A stretch of 64,000 nt of DNA, taken from the NCBI GenBank assembly GCA_038728965.1, contig JAVYSX010000003.1, positions 4,218 through 68,217 on the forward strand, in the 5' to 3' direction. Within the stretch, counting starts at the first letter, position 1. The number at the start of each line of letters is the position of its first letter. A model generated the notes under the pieces. That model ran no database searches. It worked only from the letters and a program-made list of their open reading frames with translations, and was not told where the DNA came from. Of the stretch, positions 47,158 to 55,933 are shown piece by piece. The stretch is from Thermoplasmatales archaeon (GTDB taxonomy: Archaea; Thermoplasmatota; Thermoplasmata; Thermoplasmatales; GCA-001856825). The position numbers and the translations under genes are program-made.

Positions 47158-48789
47158 TTAAGATCTTCCCCCGAGATAACCCATCCACTCAATGCAGGTA
47201 GAATGTGCTTTGAAATCAAAATTCTCAGGGAAATGATCAGAGAAATGCCTGTAGTAGAATACTTCAGATGCATCAATCATTCCTTGGTTGTTCTGAGTTT
47301 CACCTACCAATACAAGATAAAAGAAAGCAAAGGCATTAGCAAAAATGTTGAGAATATCTTTTGCGAAGTATTCCGCATTGCCAGCTGATGCATACTCTTC
47401 AAATCTTGTCCTCAACGTAGAATATGCATTAATCGCCATCTCTTTGTGCTTGCCCGTTATGCCGCTTATGAGCCTCCCCGCCAACTCAAATAGATCTTTT
47501 TCCAAGTGCTTTTTGAATATGATTTCAAGAAAGTCGAGGGCCTGAATATTGCTTGTTCCCTCCCACATTGATGTCACGATTGAATCCCTGTGGAATTTCT
47601 CAAGTGGAAATTCCCTCAGGAACCCCTTCCCGCCGAGGATCTCCATGGCATATCTGGTTACGTAGTCGGAGGACCAGGCACACATGTTCTTAGAAAGATG
47701 TGTGAATGCCCTCGCCATGCTGTAAGAAACATCATAGGGTGGCCTCAGATTAGAGGCCTTCTCAAATGCATTTCCTGCCACTAGGGAAAGAACCATTGAT
47801 GCCTCAACCTCCGCCTCCATTTCTATTAGATCCCTAAGAATCAGCGGATGATCATAGATCGCCTTTCCAAAGGCCGTTCTTTTCTTCGAGTATAGGTAAG
47901 CCTCCCAGAGAGCCTTTCTTGCTATTCCAACTGCGGATATTGCATCGTTTATCCTCGAAACTTCAAGGATCTCAAGTGCAACGTAAATTCCATCACCCTC
48001 GTTTCCCAGAAGGAAGCCCAGGGAATCCTTTAATATGACCTCCCCGGTTGGAACCAGTATGGTGCCAAGCTTATCCTTTATCCTCCGAATTTCGTAATTC
48101 CTTGATCCGTCGTCCTTGAGGGCCGGGACAAAAAAAACGGATATGCCCTTGGCACCAGACTTAGAATTCTTCGTTCTGGCCGTAACTATTGCGCCGTCGG
48201 CCAGTCCCGCATTGCTCGCAAAATATTTGTTTTCCCCGTTCAACAGAAAATGATCGCCTCTGGGAGTGGCCAAGGTAACGTTTGCCCCGAGATCGCTCCC
48301 ACCCTGTATCTCAGTGTAGTAAGTTGCCCCTAGCCATCCATCATCAACGTACGATCTGAGGTACTTTGCCGTTGCATCATTCCCGTATTTTTTGAGCCCG
48401 TAAAGCGTCTGTGCTGTCAGAGTTAGCGTACAGAACAGCCCTGCATCTGATATAAGGTAACCAGAGATGAAGTGATACATCAGATTCCCCGAATATACGC
48501 TCTTCACAACATCTAAACTCAGGAGTTTGTCTATAATACGGGAATGTGTTCTTGAAATCCAAATTTCGTCTATCCTGTCATCCAGTATTCCCCACATCTG
48601 AAGCTCGGGGTTAGCGAAGTGATCCATGTAAACTGTGTCCTCCATCATCTCTTCTCCCACATACTTACCTATTTTCCTCAATCCTCCTGTATCATTGAAG
48701 TTCAGAAACTTAAGTGTCGATGAAAGGGGGTAATCTTCAAAATAATTTATTCCATCGCTTAGAAATATACTAGAAAATTTTAGTTTCAT
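47158..48789 (-). CDS. acyl-CoA dehydrogenase family protein (AidB-like, long form)
   Basis: 543 aa. YYTEIQGGSDLGAN and the C-terminal ILGGKGF..E.PLEKFHRD and WEGTSNIQ motifs match ACAD/AidB. Confidence 0.8.
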   Translation of the reverse strand: MKLKFSSIFLSDGINYFEDYPLSSTLKFLNFNDTGGLRKIGKYVGEEMMEDTVYMDHFANPELQMWGILDDRIDEIWISRTHSRIIDKLLSLDVVKSVYSGNLMYHFISGYLISDAGLFCTLTLTAQTLYGLKKYGNDATAKYLRSYVDDGWLGATYYTEIQGGSDLGANVTLATPRGDHFLLNGENKYFASNAGLADGAIVTARTKNSKSGAKGISVFFVPALKDDGSRNYEIRRIKDKLGTILVPTGEVILKDSLGFLLGNEGDGIYVALEILEVSRINDAISAVGIARKALWEAYLYSKKRTAFGKAIYDHPLILRDLIEMEAEVEASMVLSLVAGNAFEKASNLRPPYDVSYSMARAFTHLSKNMCAWSSDYVTRYAMEILGGKGFLREFPLEKFHRDSIVTSMWEGTSNIQALDFLEIIFKKHLEKDLFELAGRLISGITGKHKEMAINAYSTLRTRFEEYASAGNAEYFAKDILNIFANAFAFFYLVLVGETQNNQGMIDASEVFYYRHFSDHFPENFDFKAHSTCIEWMGYLGGRS

Positions 48790-48924
48790 GATTTATTATA
48801 TCATACGATTACTTGAAATCTGTCATTGCGAAATTCAACCTCCAGATGTTCGGGGGAATGAAATCGGCAGACAATTCACGCAAAATTAATATCGGATGTT
48901 TGCAATTGTTACGGGGTGATTTAA

Positions 48925-49584
48925 ATGGTGAAATTAACCTGGTACGGTCACGCTGCATGGCAGATTGACTTTAGCGAGGCCACTGTGATCATTGATCCCT
49001 TTCTCAGGAATAACCCAAAGTCTCCGGTAAAGCCTGAGAATCTTGGAAGAGTGGATTTTGTAATAGTCACACACAATCACGATGATCATCTTGGTGATGC
49101 CTTTGAGATCGTTAAGCAAAAGAACGCTAAGCTAATCTCGATATTTGAAAATGTTATACCTGCATACGATCAGGGCATACCGAATGAGAATATAGCGGGT
49201 ATGAACATAGGCAGTCAGGTTGACTTTGGAAAGATCAAGGTTGCGTTCGTTCCTGCAGTACATACTGGCAACTGTGCTGGGGTAGTCGTAACAGGAGACG
49301 GTGTGAGCATATACCACGCGGGAGATACAGGCATCTTCGGAGATATGAAACTTATAGGGGAGATGTATCATCCCAAGGTTTCATTACTTCCTACGGGCGG
49401 GTACTTCACAATGGGGCCTAAAGAAGCAGCGATGGCTGCAAGGATGCTTGGTTCACAGATAGTGTTTCCGATGCATTACGGAACATTCCCTCCCATTAAC
49501 ACGGATCCCAAGGAGCTGAAAGATGCGCTGTCGCCAGAAGTAAAGGTTCCAATACTAAAGCCCGGAGAATCCTTTATCGTGTGA
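48925..49584 (+). CDS. UPF0173 metal-dependent hydrolase (metallo-beta-lactamase fold)
   Basis: 219 aa with MVKLTWYGHAAW at the N-terminus, the THNHDDHLGD motif (HxHxDH), and HAGDTG. Confidence 0.8.
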   Translation: MVKLTWYGHAAWQIDFSEATVIIDPFLRNNPKSPVKPENLGRVDFVIVTHNHDDHLGDAFEIVKQKNAKLISIFENVIPAYDQGIPNENIAGMNIGSQVDFGKIKVAFVPAVHTGNCAGVVVTGDGVSIYHAGDTGIFGDMKLIGEMYHPKVSLLPTGGYFTMGPKEAAMAARMLGSQIVFPMHYGTFPPINTDPKELKDALSPEVKVPILKPGESFIV

Positions 49585-49622
49585 ATGAAAAATAATAAAT
49601 TAAATGATAACCTAAACAATGT

Positions 49623-50552
49623 GTGGAAAAAGGTTATTTTCTGGGTTTCGACGTTGGAGGTACCAAGATAAGGGCCGTGCTGGCTTCAGATAAAGGCCAC
49701 ATAAGGAAGAACATTGAGGTAAAAACCAGGAAATTCAAAGGTGCATCTGAGCTAATAGATCAAATAGTTTCCCTAGCGGGGGGTTTCGATGAATACCAGG
49801 GGGTCGGAGTTATCTTTCCCGCCCCTATATCGCCAGACGGCATAACGTTGTATGCACCAAACCTATTCGGATGGAAGGGCGTAAACATAAGGAAGAAGCT
49901 TGTTGACTCATTCGGAAGAAGCGTTTTCATAGAAAATGATGCAACAGCTCAGGCGATATCGGTAAAGGTATTCGGTAGAGGTTCGCATTACAGAAATTTT
50001 GTCTATCTCGCCGTTGGAACTGGGATAGGTGGTGGCATATTCATAAATAATGAGATCTACAGGGGATCTAACGGTTACGCTGGCGAGCTGGGTCATACCG
50101 TCGTTCTTGCCAATGGGCCAGTCTGCGGATGCGGAAGGAGAGGCTGCCTTGAGGCACTTGCGTCAGGACGTGCAATAACAAGAAGAGCAATTGAAAACTC
50201 AAGGGAAATGAGGGCTTCGCACTTTCTCTCGTCCATTCCAGTGAACAGACTTTCTGCAGAGGACGTATTCAGCGGAAGGAGACTTGGCGATCCTTTTTGC
50301 ATGTTGCTTGTTGATGAGACAGTTTACTACCTGTCTATTGCAATTGCCAATATCATAAATACCTTTGATCCTGAAGCCATTTTCATAGCGGGAGGGCTGA
50401 TCAAGAATGAATCTTCCCTGGTAAGGGAGCTCAAGGAATCTGTTGATAGGGAGCTGGGCAATTACTACAGAGATGTACCTATAATCAAAGTTTCAGATAA
50501 AACTGTCTCGCTCGCGCCAGTAGCACTCGCTGTTTATGAAAATAAAAGATAA
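49623..50552 (+). CDS. ROK-family sugar kinase (glucokinase-like)
   Basis: 309 aa, GTG start. It has GFDVGGTKIR, GTGIGGG, and GELGH...CGCGRRGCLE (ROK zinc motif). Confidence 0.8.
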   Translation: MEKGYFLGFDVGGTKIRAVLASDKGHIRKNIEVKTRKFKGASELIDQIVSLAGGFDEYQGVGVIFPAPISPDGITLYAPNLFGWKGVNIRKKLVDSFGRSVFIENDATAQAISVKVFGRGSHYRNFVYLAVGTGIGGGIFINNEIYRGSNGYAGELGHTVVLANGPVCGCGRRGCLEALASGRAITRRAIENSREMRASHFLSSIPVNRLSAEDVFSGRRLGDPFCMLLVDETVYYLSIAIANIINTFDPEAIFIAGGLIKNESSLVRELKESVDRELGNYYRDVPIIKVSDKTVSLAPVALAVYENKR

Positions 50553-50593
50553 GGTTAGCAAATATTTTTACTTACGTTTCCCTAGTTGTTAGT

Positions 50594-51763
50594 ATGACAT
50601 CGGTAAAGGAATTTCAGATCATCGAGCTCGGTGAGGAAGGAGAGAAGTCGAGCCCTTGGAGTTCCACTATTATCGTCCTGCGCTTGGAAACTAGCAATGG
50701 GGAAGTGGGATACGGTGAAGCTCCGACTACGCTCATGACCAGGCCGGTTTACGAGCAGATGAGAGAAGTTGGGAGATTTTTCGTGGGAAGGGAGATTGAG
50801 GAAATTGCGAAGAACTATAGGGAATTTTACAAGAGATCCTTCTATCTCCCGGTCTCCATGGAATCAACGTCAGCATTGAGCGCATTTGAGATTGCGTCCT
50901 GGGACATTGTAGGCAAAACCTATGGAGCACCCATATTCCAGCTCATTGGCGGGAAAGTGAGAGACAGGGTCACTGCCTATGCAAACGGCTGGTACGATGA
51001 CTGTGTGACACCTGAGGATTTTGTGCGAAAGGCTAACAATATTGAAAAGCTTGGGTTCAGCGCCGTAAAATTTGATCCGTTTGGGTCAAATTTTGATTCA
51101 CTGAACGTAAATGCAGCCAGAAAGGCAAGAGAAATAGCAAATGCAATAAAGGAAAACACGAATTTGACTATCTTGATAGAATGCCATGGAAGGTTTAATC
51201 CAAACGCCGCAATTCTGGCTGCCGAATATATGGAAAATATGACCCCTCTATTTATGGAGGAACCCGTTCATCCTGATCAGATTGATGGCCTAGAAAGATT
51301 GAGGAGGAGAAGTAGAATAAGGATAGCTTTGGGTGAGCGTATTCTGAACAAGAACCTGTTCCTACCGTATCTTCGTTCAGATCTTGTAGATGTGATCCAG
51401 CCCGATGTTACAAATGTGGGTGGTATAATCCAGGCAAAAGAATCTTCTGTTCTTGCAGAGGCATTTGGTGTAGACGTTGCATTTCACAATGCGTTTGGGC
51501 CGATACAAACGGCCGCCACCCTCCATCTTGATTATAATATCAACAATTTCCTGATACAGGAGAGTTTTGAAAGCTTCTGGCCAGATTGGAAGCGTAGATT
51601 GCTGAGATCTGGCTATAAACTGGAGGATGGCTCGTTCAGACTTAGCGGGAAGCCGGGCCTCGGGATCGACGTGAATGAGAGAATACTGGATGAATACAAA
51701 ACAGATTCAATGGAAGGTATCAGCGAGGAGCCACCTTGGGTGGTTAAGGGGACATTCAGGTGA
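50594..51763 (+). CDS. enolase-superfamily (mandelate racemase/muconate lactonising) sugar-acid dehydratase, gluconate/galactonate dehydratase-like
   Basis: 389 aa with KFDPFG, IECHGRF, FMEEP, GER and DV.N.GG motifs in MR/MLE order. Operon context with glucose dehydrogenase. Confidence 0.8.
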   Translation: MTSVKEFQIIELGEEGEKSSPWSSTIIVLRLETSNGEVGYGEAPTTLMTRPVYEQMREVGRFFVGREIEEIAKNYREFYKRSFYLPVSMESTSALSAFEIASWDIVGKTYGAPIFQLIGGKVRDRVTAYANGWYDDCVTPEDFVRKANNIEKLGFSAVKFDPFGSNFDSLNVNAARKAREIANAIKENTNLTILIECHGRFNPNAAILAAEYMENMTPLFMEEPVHPDQIDGLERLRRRSRIRIALGERILNKNLFLPYLRSDLVDVIQPDVTNVGGIIQAKESSVLAEAFGVDVAFHNAFGPIQTAATLHLDYNINNFLIQESFESFWPDWKRRLLRSGYKLEDGSFRLSGKPGLGIDVNERILDEYKTDSMEGISEEPPWVVKGTFR

Positions 51764-51771
51764 GTGTTTTT

Positions 51772-52392
51772 ATGAAAATTCACGATCTTTCTATTTACAT
51801 TGAAGATGGAATGCCCTATTTTGAAGGTGATCCCGTGCCATCGGTCAAACAATTCAAATCTATAGAGGAAGATGGCTATAATCTGAAGTCAATAAATATA
51901 GGGAGTCACACAGGTACCCATATAGACGCCCCTTCACATTTCATACCGGGCGGGATGAGTGTTGAAGATCTAAGCTTGGATAGACTGTGCGGTTTCGGCG
52001 CGATCATAAAATACGATCCGAAGGAGGGGCTGGTCCTCCCGGAGCAGAAATTTGACATAATCCTCCTCTATACCGGCTATAATGAGAGGTGGGGGGAATA
52101 CAAGGTTTTCAGAGATTTTAGTTACATAAAGGAAGAGGATGCAGAAGAGATCAGAAAGTACGGTGTAAATGTTGTTGGCATCGATTCTCCTTCCGTAGAA
52201 CCCCCGAATTCAAAAACGTTCCTCACACATAAGATCCTTCTAGGAAGTTCTATCGTGATCATCGAGAACTTGAATTCCAAGGAAATGGCCGGTATAATAG
52301 GGAAAAGTCTATTTGTTCTAGTATTTCCAATCCTCCTAAAGGGCGGGGATGGAGCCCCCTCCAGAGTCGTGGCACTTGAGGGCTATCCATGA
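51772..52392 (+). CDS. putative cyclase / kynurenine-formamidase-like metal hydrolase family protein
   Basis: GSHTGTHIDAPSHF is the family metal-binding signature. The track start GTG 51760 overlaps the upstream stop; the ATG at 51772 (MKIHDLS) is preferred. Confidence 0.75.
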   Translation: MKIHDLSIYIEDGMPYFEGDPVPSVKQFKSIEEDGYNLKSINIGSHTGTHIDAPSHFIPGGMSVEDLSLDRLCGFGAIIKYDPKEGLVLPEQKFDIILLYTGYNERWGEYKVFRDFSYIKEEDAEEIRKYGVNVVGIDSPSVEPPNSKTFLTHKILLGSSIVIIENLNSKEMAGIIGKSLFVLVFPILLKGGDGAPSRVVALEGYP

Positions 52393-53456
52393 GAGCAATC
52401 ATAACATACCCTCCTTCTGGCGGAGTTAGAATAGCGGACGTACCGCTTGAAAGGAGGAAGGGGGTTCTCGTCAAGACTCTTTTCACAGGGATATGCGGTA
52501 CTGATAAGGAACTAGCTCTGGGAAAGTTGAGTTTCGCCAGGCCAGAAAGCGGAAATTTTCTGATACTTGGACACGAATCAGTTGGCAGAGTGGTTGATTC
52601 AGGGGAATCAGTATCGCTGAAGCCTGGGGATCTAGTTGTACCTATGGTCAGGAGGCCTGGCGGGTGCAGGATGTGCAGATTAGGAAGACAGGATTATTGT
52701 GAGGATGGAGATTTCGTAGAAGCCGGGATAAGGGGGAAAAATGGATTTATGAGGGATGAATTTTACGATGATGAAAGCTTCCTTCTTAAGGTGGATGAAC
52801 AATCAATATCTGAACTATCTGTCCTGACGGAGCCATTGAAAAATGTGATGAAAATAAAAGAGGTATTCAATTTTATGTCCTCCAGGATTCCGTGGAGGTG
52901 CGATGATTCCACATTGTCCTGCAAAAATATCTACGTGTTTGGAACTGGTACTGAGGGTATCCTAATATCCATGGTATTCAGGGTCATAGGGATGAACGTA
53001 ATAGCTGTCAACAGGCATCCCCTTGATGAAAACGTTATGTCAATACTTGAGAGCAACGGAATTGAATATCTAGATACATCATCAGAACCGCTTGCTGCGC
53101 GGACAAAGAGAGAGAAGATGGATGCCGCTGTTGATGCTGCTGGTTCCATGGACGTCCTGAAGGACATAAGCGACAATATCGTGAACAACGGAATAGCAAT
53201 ATTATTCGGAACAAATGGTCAGCTCCCATCGTCTAGGTATGATGTTCTTGAGGGAATCGTGGATAAGAACGTCTTACTTGCCGGTAGCGTTGATGGTGCG
53301 AAGGTTCACTATCACGAGGCTATAGAATTCTTGGAGAACTATGGCAAGAGGATGGGTCTAGACCGCATGATAACTGGCCGTTATAAGCCGGAGGAGACAG
53401 ATATATTCCAGAGAAAAGAGAGGGGCGAAATAAAAAAAGTAATAGAATGGATATGA
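52389..53456 (+). CDS. gdh: glucose 1-dehydrogenase (aldose dehydrogenase, zinc MDR family, Thermoplasma type)
   Basis: 355 aa, collinear with recalled T. acidophilum GDH. Matching segments are GICGTD, GDLVVP.VRRPG.C..C..GRQD.C, GFMRD..YDD, VLTEPLKNVMK, ILFGTNG, AGSVD.AK.HY and GEIKKVIEW. ATGA overlap with the upstream gene. Confidence 0.88.
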   Translation: MRAIITYPPSGGVRIADVPLERRKGVLVKTLFTGICGTDKELALGKLSFARPESGNFLILGHESVGRVVDSGESVSLKPGDLVVPMVRRPGGCRMCRLGRQDYCEDGDFVEAGIRGKNGFMRDEFYDDESFLLKVDEQSISELSVLTEPLKNVMKIKEVFNFMSSRIPWRCDDSTLSCKNIYVFGTGTEGILISMVFRVIGMNVIAVNRHPLDENVMSILESNGIEYLDTSSEPLAARTKREKMDAAVDAAGSMDVLKDISDNIVNNGIAILFGTNGQLPSSRYDVLEGIVDKNVLLAGSVDGAKVHYHEAIEFLENYGKRMGLDRMITGRYKPEETDIFQRKERGEIKKVIEWI

Positions 53457-53479
53457 TTAAGGGAGAAAGGAGCTAAAGC

Positions 53480-54646
53480 TTGAGAACAGGGCTGAAAAAC
53501 ATATATGTTTACACATTTCTGTATTCCTTCCTCCTGCTGAATCCAATCTGGGTACTTTATCTTCTGGGTCTGGGATTCAATCTCTTCCTTATAACATTAC
53601 TGGATGTCGTGTTCTATGTTATCATCGCTCTCGGCAGCATCCCGACTGGGAGGCTGGCGGACAGAATAGGCAGAAGGATATCCCTTTTTATATCGTCCAT
53701 TTTAACAGGCCTGGGGATAATTCTCTTCGGTATTTTCACGTCGTTCGCCGGAATTGCAATCAGCTATGTCCTGTGGGGATTGGGTGCAGCTATAAATTCA
53801 AGTGCACTGGAGAGCCTAGTTTTCGAATATTCTAAATCACACAATTTCAGATATCTGGAAATAATAGGTGTGGTCAATTTCCTGTCAGCGCTCTCGATAG
53901 CTGTTGCTTCGCTAGCTGGAGGGTATATCGGGGAGTACAGGGGTCTCCGAATGGTGATATTTGCCACCGGGGCGTTCGTTATCGCATCTTCTCTCTACAC
54001 CCTCAGGTTCAAGGAAAGACCCAGGGATTCAATGACAACAAGGAATCCGCTCAAGCTTAGGTACTACGTCTCCGATAGAAGGATCCTTTCCCTGATTATT
54101 CTAAGGGTTGCACTCGTCCTTGACTTCAACATGATGGTAATATTCAAGCAGCCGTATTACACGGAATTAGGCCTATCTGTTGGAATAATCGGATTCATCT
54201 TTTTCTTGGACGTCCTCCTCAGGGGCCTATCTTCCCTATATACGCAGCGTCTCTCCTTCATAGCCAGGAACAGGTTTGGTTCAATGCTTATATTCACTTC
54301 GCTCACGTTCTTCACGATATACATACCCGGCTTAATTCAAGACTACGCCTCTATATTCTTCCTCATCCTAAACTCAGTGATTTTTGGTTTTTATTCCAAT
54401 ATACTAAGTGAAGAAGTGAATGTGCTGGTTCCAACGGAGATCAGGGCAACAGTTCTTTCCGTCGTATTCCTTGTTAGTTCCCTTCTAACCGCGGTCGCAG
54501 AACCATTTCTCGGTGCCTCAGCCACGATTATAGGTTTAAAAAAGACATTTGTCATATTTAGCGTTGTATTCCTCGCAATTTCGACGTTTTCCATATTTAT
54601 ACACATAAAAGGCAGAGATATGACAAGCATAGATTCCAGAATTTAG
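53480..54646 (+). CDS. major facilitator superfamily transporter
   Basis: 388 aa, TTG start, about 12 TM segments. The loop 2-3 motif GRLADRIGRR is present. Confidence 0.75.
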   Translation: MRTGLKNIYVYTFLYSFLLLNPIWVLYLLGLGFNLFLITLLDVVFYVIIALGSIPTGRLADRIGRRISLFISSILTGLGIILFGIFTSFAGIAISYVLWGLGAAINSSALESLVFEYSKSHNFRYLEIIGVVNFLSALSIAVASLAGGYIGEYRGLRMVIFATGAFVIASSLYTLRFKERPRDSMTTRNPLKLRYYVSDRRILSLIILRVALVLDFNMMVIFKQPYYTELGLSVGIIGFIFFLDVLLRGLSSLYTQRLSFIARNRFGSMLIFTSLTFFTIYIPGLIQDYASIFFLILNSVIFGFYSNILSEEVNVLVPTEIRATVLSVVFLVSSLLTAVAEPFLGASATIIGLKKTFVIFSVVFLAISTFSIFIHIKGRDMTSIDSRI

Positions 54647-55167
54647 ACTGTGACTAGATCTTTGGCCATCCTTTTCAATGCGGATATAACATTACTGCTC
54701 AATGGATAGGAGAAGTTCTGGTTCTCAAGCTCTTTGACCCCAAGCCTGCTAAGATCCTCAATGGCTTGCCTGAATAACCTCTCGGAGTTATCCTTGTTTC
54801 CCATCTGGAAGTGAACCATAGAAACACAGATTAGAACTAAACAGTGAAAGAATGAGCTTATTTCGCCAGATGTTCCTCTCCAGAATTTTTCAAAAAATTC
54901 ATGACCAAGCCAGTATTTCTCTTCCTCGATTAATTTGAAACCATCTTCCGGATTTAAATCTTTTTCACTTTCTCTCTCTCCAGTTCGGAAGACGCACACC
55001 TCTTCAATACAAGACCCTGACGCAAATGAAAAACCAACATCGAGATTGTCTGTTTTTGTGTCGACCTCTATCCAATTCGATGCCCTCCTTACGATGTTAC
55101 CTTTCTCAACATTCATGGCCGAAAATGCTGTCTTCGGAAGGAAGAAAATGAACCTGTACTTCTCCAT
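54643..55167 (-). CDS. hypothetical protein with C-terminal DUF309-like domain
   Basis: 174 aa. EEKYWLGHEFFEKFWR resembles the DUF309 xxYxEaHExlExxW core. The N-terminal ~90 aa are unassigned. Confidence 0.45.
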   Translation of the reverse strand: MEKYRFIFFLPKTAFSAMNVEKGNIVRRASNWIEVDTKTDNLDVGFSFASGSCIEEVCVFRTGERESEKDLNPEDGFKLIEEEKYWLGHEFFEKFWRGTSGEISSFFHCLVLICVSMVHFQMGNKDNSERLFRQAIEDLSRLGVKELENQNFSYPLSSNVISALKRMAKDLVTV

Positions 55168-55214
55168 CTTACCCCTAGATATCTTTATTGTCGGGAGTCT
55201 TTTGGTGAATGATT

Positions 55215-55730
55215 TCAGAGAACCTCACTGATCATTGATGCCTTTATTTCCCGTATCGCATCGTTCCTTGAGCCGAATCTTCCGAATTTCATGAACTTGT
55301 TCTCTTCGAGTTCTTTGTAGTGTTCAAAAAAGTGCCTTATTATATTTTTGAAGTTCTCAGGTATATCACCAATTTCTCTTATGGTTGATGAATTGGGATC
55401 GACGTTGTCAACCGGTACTGCAATTATCTTGTTGTCTTCTCCTTCCTCATCGTGCATTTCTGCGATCCCTATGGGCCTGCATTTTACCAAAATCCCTGGC
55501 TGGATCGGAGATGATGAAATTATGAGAACGTCAAGTGGATCCCCGTCCTTGGCCCTTGTACCTAATATCATGCCGTAATTAGTTGGGTAGTTCATTGGCG
55601 TGAAGAGAATCCTGTCCAGTACGATTGACTTCACATCTTCATGATATTCGTACTTGTTCCTGCTCCCTTCCGAAATTTCTACCAATGCGTAGAATGTCTC
55701 CGGGAAATCTCCAGTTAATCTTACTTTCAT
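55215..55730 (-). CDS. ppa: inorganic pyrophosphatase (family I)
   Basis: 171 aa with EISEGSRNKYEY, DGDPLDVL and DDKIIAV-like (DNKIIAV) motifs. Confidence 0.92.
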   Translation of the reverse strand: MKVRLTGDFPETFYALVEISEGSRNKYEYHEDVKSIVLDRILFTPMNYPTNYGMILGTRAKDGDPLDVLIISSSPIQPGILVKCRPIGIAEMHDEEGEDNKIIAVPVDNVDPNSSTIREIGDIPENFKNIIRHFFEHYKELEENKFMKFGRFGSRNDAIREIKASMISEVL

Positions 55731-55933
55731 AAGAAGCGAGGATGTCGGAGTAGATAAATATACCGCAGAGGAGGGTGAGAATGAGATAAGTTATGTTCGC
55801 ACACCACAAACTATATCATTCCAAATTGAGAAAAAGGCTGGATAGAAATGGTGGGAAAAGACCGACTGGGACTTGAAAAATTAAGCGTTCAAGTTACAAA
55901 ATATATTTAATTCAAAAAGTATTAAAAAGAAAT

